From a virus, in the IMG/VR virus record IMGVR_UViG_3300036832_000367, positions 3,025-67,024 of that record: 64,000 nt of DNA. The stretch is one strand, 5' to 3'. The notes under the pieces were generated by a model. The model saw nothing but the letters and a program-made list of their open reading frames with translations, made no database searches and had not been told where the DNA came from. The position numbers and the translations under genes were made by a program. This document shows, piece by piece, positions 9,272 through 18,945 of the stretch; the stretch's first letter is position 1; every line of letters begins with the position of its first letter.

Positions 9272-11539
9272 ATGCCGATCAAGCCGCACAAGAACGAAGA
9301 TCAGTCCGCGTGGATGGCCAGATGCGTGCCCGAGATGATTGGCACCGGGAAGGACAAGCGGCCACAGGCTCAGGCGGTCGCCGCCTGCATGACGATCTGG
9401 CGGGAGTCCGGATCGAGCAAGACCGCGAGGCAGATCGAGGCGGAGGTCGAAGCGCCATATCCGGACGAAACCGAGCAAGAGTTCATGGACCGCTGCACGC
9501 TAGAGGCGGACGAGGCCGATTGTCAGATGATGTGGGATGAACGGTCTTTCGGGCTTGGCGTGGTTCACAAGCTGCATTCCGAAATTCCAGTGGGCCACGA
9601 CTTCGTGTTGTCGGATGCGACCGTTGATCGATATGGCGACACCATCGATGCGGATGGCTGGGACTTGAGAAACTTCAGCAAGAATCCGATCGCGTTGTTT
9701 AATCACAATCCAGATTTCCCGGTTGGGAAATGGAGCAAGCTAGGCGTCAAGGATGGCAGACTAACCGGACGGCTCGAATTGGCTCCGGAAGGCACGTCGG
9801 CCAGACATGATGAAATCCGCAGGCTCGTCGATGCGGGAATTTTGCGGGCAGTGTCGGTTGGCTTTAAGCCCGTGGAAGTCAAGCCCATCGAATCGAAAGG
9901 CGGCAAGAACGGACTGCATTACCTCAAGTCGGAATTGATCGAGACCAGCCTTGTGTCGGTCCCGGCAAATCCGAACGCCTTGCAGGTCGCGCGGTCTCTG
10001 AGAATATCCGATGACACCATCAAGATGGTATTCGCCGAGCATGGCGACAGCCGCTTTGTGCGTCGTGGGGCCAATGGCGAGCACGCCGGGACTAAACCAG
10101 TCGTGAAAGCAAAGGTAAGGGCTATGACCCCGATTGCAAAACGTATCGAGGCATCCGAGGCCACGCTTGTCCAGTATCGTGATGAACTGGAAAAGCATCT
10201 GGGCACTATGGATGATACAAACCCCGACGAGACGGTGACCGCTCAAGTCGAGGAATGGACGGAAAAGGTCAAGGCGCAGGAGCGAAGCCTGAATGCTCTG
10301 CGCGCCGTCGAGGCGCAGAACGCCGAGACGATCACGCTTCAGCGGACCGGAACCAGCAACGGCGTGACACATTTCGCCGATGGCAGTTCGAGCGCGCAGG
10401 CGGCTTCTGCGCGGCCGTTCGCGATGGCCAGAAAGCAGATCAGGCCGGTCGAGTATCTGTACAAGGCGCTGACGGTGCAGTTGAAGCACTTTGATCAGCG
10501 CGGTCGGCGTTCGATCTATGACGTGATGCAGGAAACCTATGGCGAAGACCCGATGGTCAAGACCATGGTCGACTGGACCACGCGCACGACGTCGGTCCCC
10601 GCGACCACGACGGTCACGGGCTGGGCGGCGGAGCTTGTCACCACCAGTTACGGCGAGTTCTTCGATGCCCTGTTCCCGGCCTCGATCTACGCGCCGCTGC
10701 GTGCCAAGGGCGGCTCGTTCACGTTTGGGCGCAGTGGTGTTGTCGTGCTGCCGACCCGCAGCCGGACCGCGCCGATCTCCGGAGCGTTTGTTTTGCAGGG
10801 ATCAGCGATCCCGGTGAAGCAGGGCCAGTTCGCCACCATCAGCCTGACGCCGAAGAAGATGGCGGTGATCTCGACGTTCACTCGTGAGATTTCCGAGCAT
10901 TCGACCCCGGCAATCGAGCAGTTGATCCGCGATGCCATCGTCAATGACACGGCGGTCGCAATCGACGCGGTGTTGATGGATGCCAACCCGGCGACAGCTA
11001 CTCGCCCGGCGGGCATTCTCAACGGCGTTGCGGCGATCCCCGCGACGACCGGCGGCGGCATCGTGTCACTGATCGGCGACCTCAAGGCTCTGTCCAGCGC
11101 CTTGCTGGCCTCGACCTTTGGCGGCATTCGTCAGCCGGTGTGGATTATGACGCCGCAAGACGCCGTGGCGATCAGTCTGACGCAGGCGGCGGCCGGTGGT
11201 GATTTCCCGTTCGCGAATATTCTCAACACGGGAATGCTGCTTGGCTATCCGGTCATTCAGTCTACCAACGTCACGGCCGACACCATCATACTGGTGGACG
11301 CTGCGGACTTTGCGACGGCGACCGGAGACACGCCGAACTTCTCGGTGTCCGATCAGGCGACGTTGCACATGGAGGCGACGACACCCGCCGAAATCGTCGG
11401 CACGCCGAGCGTCGTTGCGGCACCGGTCCGCTCGCTATGGCAGACGGATAGCATCGGAATTCGCATGATCATGGATATCAACTGGGTCTTGCGTCGTGTC
11501 GGCATGGTGCAGTGGATCAGCGGCCAACTCTGGAACTGA
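9272..11539 (+). CDS. HK97-type prohead protease - major capsid protein fusion
   Basis: DRYGD, LFNHN, VSVGF, ETSLVSVPANPNA protease motifs, then capsid (LTPKKMAVIS, LLGYPVIQS, WQTDSIGIR); possible internal in-frame start at 10124. Confidence 0.93.
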   Translation: MPIKPHKNEDQSAWMARCVPEMIGTGKDKRPQAQAVAACMTIWRESGSSKTARQIEAEVEAPYPDETEQEFMDRCTLEADEADCQMMWDERSFGLGVVHKLHSEIPVGHDFVLSDATVDRYGDTIDADGWDLRNFSKNPIALFNHNPDFPVGKWSKLGVKDGRLTGRLELAPEGTSARHDEIRRLVDAGILRAVSVGFKPVEVKPIESKGGKNGLHYLKSELIETSLVSVPANPNALQVARSLRISDDTIKMVFAEHGDSRFVRRGANGEHAGTKPVVKAKVRAMTPIAKRIEASEATLVQYRDELEKHLGTMDDTNPDETVTAQVEEWTEKVKAQERSLNALRAVEAQNAETITLQRTGTSNGVTHFADGSSSAQAASARPFAMARKQIRPVEYLYKALTVQLKHFDQRGRRSIYDVMQETYGEDPMVKTMVDWTTRTTSVPATTTVTGWAAELVTTSYGEFFDALFPASIYAPLRAKGGSFTFGRSGVVVLPTRSRTAPISGAFVLQGSAIPVKQGQFATISLTPKKMAVISTFTREISEHSTPAIEQLIRDAIVNDTAVAIDAVLMDANPATATRPAGILNGVAAIPATTGGGIVSLIGDLKALSSALLASTFGGIRQPVWIMTPQDAVAISLTQAAAGGDFPFANILNTGMLLGYPVIQSTNVTADTIILVDAADFATATGDTPNFSVSDQATLHMEATTPAEIVGTPSVVAAPVRSLWQTDSIGIRMIMDINWVLRRVGMVQWISGQLWN

Positions 11540-11541
11540 TT

Positions 11542-11838
11542 GTGAAAATTGCCGATCGCGTGGTGCTGCTTTGCCTCGCGATCGGTTTGATCTTGGGTAT
11601 TGCGCTTGCGGAACCAGTTCATCTCATTGAATTGCACAACCCGAAGGGTCGAAAGATTTTCGTCAACCCTGCCGAGATTACTGCGTTGCGTGAGTCAGGG
11701 GCGGGAGATTTCAAGCATTTTAGCGATTCAGTTCATTGCTGGCTTGGCTTCACGGGCGGGAAATATGCCACAGTGGTCGAGGACTGCGCGACTGTGCGAA
11801 GGCTGATAGAAGCAACTTCGAAACCGAAGGAGAACTAA
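11542..11838 (+). CDS. Membrane-anchored or exported FlbD/SwrD-like small protein
   Basis: N-terminal hydrophobic segment, then IELHNPKGRKIFVNPAEITAL...VVEDCATVRRLI resembling the FlbD family. Confidence 0.5.
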   Translation: MKIADRVVLLCLAIGLILGIALAEPVHLIELHNPKGRKIFVNPAEITALRESGAGDFKHFSDSVHCWLGFTGGKYATVVEDCATVRRLIEATSKPKEN

Positions 11839-11840
11839 AT

Positions 11841-12251
11841 ATGACTGATCTTGTCATCGTGCCCGCGAACGTGGTCGCTGGTACAAACGCAACATTCGAG
11901 CAGGGTCTTGCCGGGGCGACAGTCCTTGCCGGACAGACGGTCTATCAGGACAGCACCACCAAAAAATATGTGCTGTCGGATAACAATCTCGCCGCCATTG
12001 AGGGCAGGACGCCGCGCGGCATTGCGCTGCACGGGGCATCGCTGAACCAGCCACTCAGAATTCTAAAGTCCGGCGACATCACCATCGGCGCGACGATAAC
12101 GGCTGGCGTGGCATATTACCAATCGGCCAATCCGGGCGGCATTTGCCCAGCGGCGGATGTTGTTTCCGGTTCACAGGCCACGATCGTCGGCATGGGCAAG
12201 ACGACCACCGTGCTCACCGTCGATATCCAGACCACCGGAGTGCAGTTGTAA
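11841..12251 (+). CDS. Capsid decoration/cement-like protein
   Basis: Strong SD AAGGAG; AGATVLAGQTVY..GIAL beta-rich pattern; follows the capsid gene. Confidence 0.65.
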   Translation: MTDLVIVPANVVAGTNATFEQGLAGATVLAGQTVYQDSTTKKYVLSDNNLAAIEGRTPRGIALHGASLNQPLRILKSGDITIGATITAGVAYYQSANPGGICPAADVVSGSQATIVGMGKTTTVLTVDIQTTGVQL

Positions 12252-12255
12252 AAAC

Positions 12256-13254
12256 ATGCTGCTCATTGGTGCCGAAACGCTCAACGAGATGGAAGCTTGG
12301 GATCATCTCGACCGTGGCGTCAAACTGGCAAACGAAAGACGTCTTGCCGAGGCGATAGCAAGCTTCGACCGCGTCTTGGCACTGACGCCGGACGATATGG
12401 TCGCCCATTGGAATCGGGCGTTGTCCTTGCTGTCGCTTGGTCGCTATTCGGAAGCGCTGGAAGAACTGGAATGGCGATGGAAGCTGTTCAATTGGCGGTG
12501 GGGATATCTGGGCCACGACGTCGAGAGGGTAGCAGCAATCGAGCAATGGCTGGGGCAGGACATCAACGGCAAGCACCTGCTCTATTATCATGAGCAGGGA
12601 TACGGCGATAACATCATGATGGCGCGATACCTGCCGATGATGCGGGCCAAGGGCTGCAAGATAACCCTGCTCACCGTGCCGCCGCTGATCAGGCTGCTCA
12701 GCCGGTTCAAGCCCGACAACGTCATCACGGCGCTGCCGGACGATCTCAGTGAGTTCGACTATCGCTGCTCGGCATTCCTGCCGATGCGAGTGTTTCAGAC
12801 GACCGTCGACAGCATTCCGCCAGCGCCCTATCTCGCAACGAAGTTCGCGCGCGAGCCGGGCACCATCGGGCTGGTCTGGTCCGGCGTCACGCAAAAGAAA
12901 CTTTCCGCCGCGAAGTTCTTGCACCTGCTCAATCCCGGCGCGGCATACCGGCTCAAAAGCTTGCAGCCGGGTCCGGTGATGCAGGGCGTTGAGCCGCTGG
13001 TTTCGGAAGATTTTCTGGACACCATGAATCAGATGGCGCGCATGGAGCACATCGTCACCGTCGACACCGCGATTGCCAACCTCGCGGGCGCGATGGGGCA
13101 TCCTTCGGCTCATGTCATTTTGCCGCTGCTTCAGGATTGGCGCTGGTACTACGCTGATAAATGGTATCCGACGCTGAAGATATACCGGCAGCAAGGCGAC
13201 GACTGGAATGCGCCGTTTGCACAAGTCAGGGAGGCGCTGCGGTGTCAACATTAG
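12256..13254 (+). CDS. TPR-containing glycosyltransferase (GT9-like, GT-B fold)
   Basis: TPR (AIASFDRVLALTPDD..AHWNRA), EQGYGDNI, VTVDTAIANLAGAMG, DWRW motifs. Confidence 0.8.
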   Translation: MLLIGAETLNEMEAWDHLDRGVKLANERRLAEAIASFDRVLALTPDDMVAHWNRALSLLSLGRYSEALEELEWRWKLFNWRWGYLGHDVERVAAIEQWLGQDINGKHLLYYHEQGYGDNIMMARYLPMMRAKGCKITLLTVPPLIRLLSRFKPDNVITALPDDLSEFDYRCSAFLPMRVFQTTVDSIPPAPYLATKFAREPGTIGLVWSGVTQKKLSAAKFLHLLNPGAAYRLKSLQPGPVMQGVEPLVSEDFLDTMNQMARMEHIVTVDTAIANLAGAMGHPSAHVILPLLQDWRWYYADKWYPTLKIYRQQGDDWNAPFAQVREALRCQH

Positions 13255-13826
13255 ATCGCTTGCGGGAAGATGTTTACGGCCACAAACATCTGACTCCGGA
13301 CTGGCAGTTTCGATATGCCGACGCGATCATCAACGCTCCACCCGGTCTGATGCTGGAATTTGGCGTTGCTTCCGGGCACTCCATCACCGGGATCGCAGGG
13401 ATGATCTGGCCGCGAGTGATCTACGGTTTCGATTGGTTTAAGGGATTGCCGGAAGACTGGAAGCCGGGCACGGGCAAGGGCGCATTTGCCTGCATTGTTC
13501 CAGAATCGCTGCCCGTGAACGTCAGGATTATCGAGGGTCTATTTCAAGACACGCTGGACGGATTTTTGGCAAGGCGTCCCGAGCGGATTGGGTTCGTGAA
13601 CATGGACGCTGATATTTATTCTTCAACGGCATTCGTGCTATCGCGGATCGAGGGTAGGTTCGTCGACGGCACGGTGCTGCATTTCGACGAGATACACGGC
13701 GATCAAGAAAACTTTGATAATGAGGGGCGGGCATTCGCAGAGTGTCTAGATCGCACCGGCCTTGGTTATGAAGTGATAGCCAAGGATTGTCACGAAGGTG
13801 CGTTTTTTCGAATCAAGAAGTCGTAA
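13242..13826 (+). CDS. Class I SAM-dependent O-methyltransferase (TylF/MycF-like)
   Basis: LEFGVASG, YGFDWFKGLPEDW, GLFQDTL, MDADIYSS, FDE motifs. Confidence 0.85.
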   Translation: MSTLDRLREDVYGHKHLTPDWQFRYADAIINAPPGLMLEFGVASGHSITGIAGMIWPRVIYGFDWFKGLPEDWKPGTGKGAFACIVPESLPVNVRIIEGLFQDTLDGFLARRPERIGFVNMDADIYSSTAFVLSRIEGRFVDGTVLHFDEIHGDQENFDNEGRAFAECLDRTGLGYEVIAKDCHEGAFFRIKKS

Positions 13827-13856
13827 GTTCAACATCAGCAAAAGGAGAATCTAAAA

Positions 13857-14390
13857 ATGCCATTAGCAATGATTACGTGGGTTGGCGAAGGCGGCGGTGG
13901 TGGTGGTGGCGGTCAGCCGTCGCATCCGATCTATAATCCGCCGGGCATCTGGCCGTCGCCGGGGCACCCGTCGCACCCGATCGCGCCGGGTGGACAGCCT
14001 CCGGGGATTTGGCCGCCCGGTTCTGGAATTGACATGCCGTCGCATCCAATCGCGCCGGGCGGCCAGCCTCCCGGCATTTGGCCGTCGCCGGGTCATCCCT
14101 CGCATCCGATTGCACCGGGTGGCCAGCCTCCGGGCATCTGGGGCGGTGGTAACGAGCCGTTCCCGACACCGCCGATTGTGATTCCGATCCGACCGGGTGA
14201 ACAGCCTCCGGAAGCCGGTAACGGGCTTTCGCCGTCGCATCCGATCTACATCCCGCCGCCGCCCGGTGTCACGGACGGAACCAAGGCGCTGGTTCATGTG
14301 TATGTGCCGGGAGTCGGTGGAGTCTGGTTCCTGATCGAAGTGCCAGCGCCGACTCCGCCGCCAACCGAGCCGACGCCGAAGCCCGCGTAG
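13857..14390 (+). CDS. Pro/Gly-rich repeat protein
   Basis: Strong SD AAAGGAG; repeats of PSHPIAPGGQPPGIWP. Confidence 0.75.
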   Translation: MPLAMITWVGEGGGGGGGGQPSHPIYNPPGIWPSPGHPSHPIAPGGQPPGIWPPGSGIDMPSHPIAPGGQPPGIWPSPGHPSHPIAPGGQPPGIWGGGNEPFPTPPIVIPIRPGEQPPEAGNGLSPSHPIYIPPPPGVTDGTKALVHVYVPGVGGVWFLIEVPAPTPPPTEPTPKPA

Positions 14391-14447
14391 CGGGTGAGGT
14401 TGGGGCGAAGACTCCCGAAACCATCAAACCCTGAAAGGATCACTGTG

Positions 14448-14807
14448 ATGGTAGATGTTATCCCTGCTGCTCCGAGTGAGCAGAAACCAAGGTCCAACAC
14501 CAACATCCCGATGCGCGACCGCGAACGTGATGTTGGCGAGCGCAGAGCGGCGCGGCAAGAGGCTGCCAAAAAGCTGGTTGATGAAGCGGCGAAGGAGCAT
14601 GAAGAAATTCTCGCCCAGTACGCCGAAGATCATCCGGCTGGCAGCAAGCCGACGCCAACGCCGGATGAAATCGCCTTGGCCGCTGTCGGCGCGAACAAAA
14701 TGGAGAAGGAGGATGACGGCAGCGGTCCTGACCGTGGTCCTCGTTATCTGACGCGCGAAATGAGTGCGAGAGAGCGCGAGATGAGGGCGACCGAGCGGAA
14801 AAAGTAA
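14448..14807 (+). CDS. Hypothetical protein
   Basis: SD AAAGGA upstream; KPTPTPDE motif; abuts the portal gene. Confidence 0.65.
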   Translation: MVDVIPAAPSEQKPRSNTNIPMRDRERDVGERRAARQEAAKKLVDEAAKEHEEILAQYAEDHPAGSKPTPTPDEIALAAVGANKMEKEDDGSGPDRGPRYLTREMSAREREMRATERKK

Positions 14808-14810
14808 ATC

Positions 14811-16217
14811 ATGAGCCTGCTGTCTCGTATCTTCAAACCCTCCGTTGCGAAAGCAGCGGAGGGTGAAGTTCAACCGGGGCCATGGTGGCTGCCTGTTTCG
14901 CAGGGCTGGCTGAGTTCTGAGGCCGGTCAGTTCATGAATTGGTGGCAGATGGGCCACGACGTGCAAGGCGGCGGTAGCAGCGCCTTGGTGGAAGCGTGCG
15001 TGTCGGCCTACAGCCAGACTATCGCGATGTGCCCCGGAGACCATTGGCGACTAAGAGGCAAGAATGGGCGCGAGCGCGTCACGACCAGCGCGCTAACGCG
15101 CATCCTGCGTTCGCCAAACGATTACGAGACGATCTCCGATCACTTGCTGAACTCGGTTCGAGATTTATACAGCAACGGCAATTCCTATGCCTTGGCTCTG
15201 CGCAACACCAGATTTGAAATCGATGAATTGCATTTGATGGACCCTTGGTACAGCCGTCCTCATGTCGCTTACGATGGGTCGGTCTGGTACTTTCTTGACG
15301 GCAACCCGGTCAAGCGAAGAACGATTGATTATCCTGAGTTGGTGCCAGCGCGCGATGTGCTTCATATCAAGCTGCATCGTTCAAGGCATTATAAGCTGAT
15401 GGGAGTCAGCCCGATTCAAGCGGCTGCGGCTGACATTGCCACGTCGGGAGCGATGACCGCGCAGCAATTCCAATTTTACACCAATCAGGCGCGCCCCAGT
15501 GCGATCCTTTCCACGGATGCGGTATTGACCGCCGCGCAGTTGGAGGAATTGCGTACCTCTTGGAACGCGCAGACGCGCGGGATGCAATCCGGCGGCACGC
15601 CGATTCTTGGTGGCGGATTGAAGCCGCAGAACTTGGCCACGTCGGCAAAGGACGCCGAGTTGGCCGATATGCTGAAACTGAATCAGCAGAATATCGCGCT
15701 GGCTTTTCGCATTCCCTTGGAGATGCTGGGCATCGGAGGGGGAAACCTGAAGTCGACCCAAGACCTGATGCGCAACTGGCTTGCTGGCAGTCTTGGCTTT
15801 GCGCTTAATCATGTCGAGGAAGCGTGGGGAAAGACCTTCGGATTGTTCGGCGTCCCCAATGAATATGTCGAATTTGACACGCGCGCGCTGCTGCGCTCGG
15901 CGTTCACCGAACGCGTTGATGGCTATGTCAAAGGCGTGCAGGGCGGCATTTTCTCGCCGAATGAAGCGCGCGATGAATTCGAGTTGGATGAAGTGCCGTT
16001 CGGCGATGAGCCGAGAGTGCAGCAGCAATTGGTGCCGTTAAGCGCCGCGTCTCAAATCCAGAATCCCATTCACGCAACGCCAATTGCCCCGTCACCGGGT
16101 CCGCCGTCTCCGCCGCCCGCGTTGCCCGCGCCCGCGCCTAAAAAGATGTTGGAGTCAGCCGATGAACTCACAAACTTCCGTCGAAGATTCCGCGCTTCCC
16201 ACCGAAACAGCCTTTGA
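14811..16217 (+). CDS. Phage portal protein (HK97 family)
   Basis: GNSYAL, DVLHIK, GVSPIQ, IALAFRIP, SPNEAR motifs. Confidence 0.95.
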   Translation: MSLLSRIFKPSVAKAAEGEVQPGPWWLPVSQGWLSSEAGQFMNWWQMGHDVQGGGSSALVEACVSAYSQTIAMCPGDHWRLRGKNGRERVTTSALTRILRSPNDYETISDHLLNSVRDLYSNGNSYALALRNTRFEIDELHLMDPWYSRPHVAYDGSVWYFLDGNPVKRRTIDYPELVPARDVLHIKLHRSRHYKLMGVSPIQAAAADIATSGAMTAQQFQFYTNQARPSAILSTDAVLTAAQLEELRTSWNAQTRGMQSGGTPILGGGLKPQNLATSAKDAELADMLKLNQQNIALAFRIPLEMLGIGGGNLKSTQDLMRNWLAGSLGFALNHVEEAWGKTFGLFGVPNEYVEFDTRALLRSAFTERVDGYVKGVQGGIFSPNEARDEFELDEVPFGDEPRVQQQLVPLSAASQIQNPIHATPIAPSPGPPSPPPALPAPAPKKMLESADELTNFRRRFRASHRNSL

Positions 16218-17421
16218 TATTCTGGCGGACGAGTTTGGAGCAGTAGCCGGACGTATCGAGCGGGAATGCAATCTCAAACTTGCCAGCGTTATTTCCGAGA
16301 TGCAGAGGCGGGACGCCGAGCGCGAGTTGCGCGTGGTGCTGCTGGAAAAAGAGTTGCGGGAAAAACTGGCGTCGCTGAAAGATGGTCGCGACGGCGTCGA
16401 CGGCAAGGACGGTGCTGTGGGGCGCGATGGGCTGGACGGCAAGGACGGCGCGAACGGCAATGATGGCGCGGCCGGGCGTGACGGCAAGGACGGCATCAAT
16501 GGCAAGGACGGCATCAACGGGATCGATGGCAAGGATGGCGTCGAGGGTGCTGCTGGGCGCGACGGTGTTGACGGCGCGGCCGGGCGCGATGGCAAGGACG
16601 GCATCAACGGGATCGATGGCAAGGATGGCGTCGAGGGTGCTGCTGGGCGCGACGGTGTTGACGGACTCGTTGGGCGCGATGGCAAGGACGGCATCAACGG
16701 CAAGGATGGCGTCAACGGTCAGGACGGTGACGCGGGCCGTGATGGGTTCGACGGCAAGGATGGCGCCGATGGAGCCAGAGGGCTTGATGGCAAAAATGGA
16801 AGTGACGGCATTGCAGGGTTCAACGGTAAGGATGGTCGCGACGGTGTCGACGGCGCATCCGGTCCGCAGGGCGAGCGCGGCCAAGAGGGACCGCAGGGTA
16901 AATTGCCGATAGTGAAGGACTGGATCGATGGCTCGATCTCATACCAATCCGACGTCGTCACCTATCGAGGTGGCACCTATCAGGCTGTTCGCGATACAGC
17001 CAAGGTGCCGGGGCAGCATGTCGATTGGATATGTCTTGCCGTTCCGGGCAACGATGGTCGAGATGGCCGTGATTTCACGGTGCGGGACACTTACGATCAA
17101 GCCGAAAATTACAAGGCTCTGGACATCGTCACGCTGAACTCCTGCTGGTTCATCGCCAAGCAGGACAATCCGGGTCCGTGTCCGGGTCCGGGCTGGAAGG
17201 CGGGACCGGTCGGCAAGCGCGGCGCGCCCGGCGAGCGCGGTGCGAAGGGCGACAAGGGCGAGCGAGGCGAAACCGGCCCGGTGCCGAAGGTTCGCGAGAT
17301 TGTCGGCTGGCAGTTGGATCGCAAGCGCTATGCGCTGGTGCCGATCATGAGCGACGACTCGACTGGCGCTCCGGTTTTGATCCGGCCATTGTTCGAACAA
17401 TTCAAGGACGAGTCTAGCTGA
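16162..17421 (+). CDS. Collagen-like protein
   Basis: Long G-X-Y run dominated by GKDG/GRDG/GVDG; N-terminal coiled coil; C-terminal DVVTYRGGTY carbohydrate-binding-like repeats. Confidence 0.85.
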   Translation: MNSQTSVEDSALPTETAFDILADEFGAVAGRIERECNLKLASVISEMQRRDAERELRVVLLEKELREKLASLKDGRDGVDGKDGAVGRDGLDGKDGANGNDGAAGRDGKDGINGKDGINGIDGKDGVEGAAGRDGVDGAAGRDGKDGINGIDGKDGVEGAAGRDGVDGLVGRDGKDGINGKDGVNGQDGDAGRDGFDGKDGADGARGLDGKNGSDGIAGFNGKDGRDGVDGASGPQGERGQEGPQGKLPIVKDWIDGSISYQSDVVTYRGGTYQAVRDTAKVPGQHVDWICLAVPGNDGRDGRDFTVRDTYDQAENYKALDIVTLNSCWFIAKQDNPGPCPGPGWKAGPVGKRGAPGERGAKGDKGERGETGPVPKVREIVGWQLDRKRYALVPIMSDDSTGAPVLIRPLFEQFKDESS

Positions 17422-17975
17422 TGGGCAATCTTTCGGTCGTCGACCGCGACAACGATTATCTGCCGGGCGCGCTGCTGGCGCTGGCCAAGATGCACATGCG
17501 GATCGTCTCGACGACCGACGATGTCTACATCAAGAACGTGATATTGCGCGCCATCAATGAATTCGAGATCAAGACCGACACCCTGCTCAATCCGGTCGAG
17601 CTGCAATGGTCGCCGGTCAGTGGTGATTTCAACACCGATCTTGGCTGGGCCGTGATTCCGGAAACGCCGCTGAATGTCGACGCGGGCTGGACGGTTAAGG
17701 ACGGGACGGCGACGGACGTGAGCGCCAATTATCAACTGCTCACGGTGGCGACCAAGGGCGTCGGACGCTACGCGCTCGGCGGCAGTTTCGTGTCCGGCAT
17801 GATGCTGGATTTTAATTGCGGTTATGACGACATCAGCCAGATGCCCGGCGGAATCCAAAACGCGATTCTTTTGTACACTGGCTATCTGTACGAAAACCGC
17901 GAGGGCCAGATAACGACATCGTGGAATGACCGCTGGCTCAATTTCATCGCGCAATGGTGGAAGCCGAGCGTATGA
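17421..17975 (+). CDS. Head-tail connector (gp6/gp15-like)
   Basis: LALAKMHMRI..DD.YI and AILLYTGYLYENRE motifs. Confidence 0.85.
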   Translation: MGNLSVVDRDNDYLPGALLALAKMHMRIVSTTDDVYIKNVILRAINEFEIKTDTLLNPVELQWSPVSGDFNTDLGWAVIPETPLNVDAGWTVKDGTATDVSANYQLLTVATKGVGRYALGGSFVSGMMLDFNCGYDDISQMPGGIQNAILLYTGYLYENREGQITTSWNDRWLNFIAQWWKPSV

Positions 17976-18178
17976 AGACGGTCGAAGTGACGGACCAATT
18001 CGATTACTATCTTTTCCGTCGAAGGTTCGTCCGATTTACGCCGGGGATTTATCTCAGCGTGATCGAGGCCGCAGCCAACGCAATCGTCGCCGCCGGGTGT
18101 GGCCGGATAGTCCAGCAGGAAGAACCAACCGAGCAAGCCATGGACGCCAGAGATGCCTTCAAACTCCGCCGCCTCTAA
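17972..18178 (+). CDS. Small hypothetical protein
   Basis: ATGA-coupled between the head-tail genes. Confidence 0.55.
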   Translation: MKTVEVTDQFDYYLFRRRFVRFTPGIYLSVIEAAANAIVAAGCGRIVQQEEPTEQAMDARDAFKLRRL

Positions 18179-18533
18179 ACTTTCCTCCGCGTTCTACGGC
18201 GGCGGCAGCTTGAGGCACATGGCATCGTTTTCGAGGCGAGCCATGGTCGAGGACGATTACGGAAACGAGATGGCGGAATGGCAGTTTCAGTTCACGATAC
18301 CTGCTGGCGTGCGCGCGAGGCTCGGCGGCGAACAGGTGTTGGCGGCGCGCCTCACTGGCGTGCAGCCCTACACTGTGACGGTCAGGCAATGCGACGTCTC
18401 TACCCCGGTCAGCACCGACTGGAAAATCCATATCGAGGATTTGAACCTTGACTTGGCGATAGTCTCAATCGTCGACCCCAACGACAAGCGCGCCTATTTC
18501 GACATGCTCTGCCAGTCCGGAGTCGCGGTATGA
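18153..18533 (+). CDS. Head closure / head-tail adaptor (SPP1 gp16-like)
   Basis: DDYGN, GGEQVLAARLTGVQP motifs; position. Confidence 0.85.
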   Translation: MPSNSAASKLSSAFYGGGSLRHMASFSRRAMVEDDYGNEMAEWQFQFTIPAGVRARLGGEQVLAARLTGVQPYTVTVRQCDVSTPVSTDWKIHIEDLNLDLAIVSIVDPNDKRAYFDMLCQSGVAV

Positions 18534-18928
18534 GTGATCCAAGCCTAGAGTTGCAGGAAGCCCTGAAGGCGGCGCTGCGGAATCGGATCGGGCCGGAGGT
18601 TGGGCCGCGCGTTTACGATCAGGTGCCGGTCGACGCTGTCTTTCCCTACGTCACGCTCGGCGACGATCAGGTGTTGCCCGACAAGGCGCAGTGCATCGAC
18701 GGCGCGGAAGTGATCTCGACGCTGCATATCTGGTCGAGAACGCCGGGCTATCCCGAACTAAAGCGGATCGTCAAAAACATCCTCGCCGTCGTCGACGACA
18801 ACCCGCCGCCGCTCGCGGGCTTCGTTGCCGTAATTTTTGAATTACAGGATATCAATTATTTGCGTGATCCTGACGGGCTGACTCGTCATGCCGTCTTGAC
18901 GTTCCACAGTCTCATTCAACCGTCGTAA
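18530..18928 (+). CDS. Tail terminator (DUF3168)
   Basis: LQEAL..RVYDQVP..FPYVTLG..RDPDGLTRHAV. Confidence 0.88.
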   Translation: MSDPSLELQEALKAALRNRIGPEVGPRVYDQVPVDAVFPYVTLGDDQVLPDKAQCIDGAEVISTLHIWSRTPGYPELKRIVKNILAVVDDNPPPLAGFVAVIFELQDINYLRDPDGLTRHAVLTFHSLIQPS

Positions 18929-18945
18929 CCTGAAAGGAAACCGCG

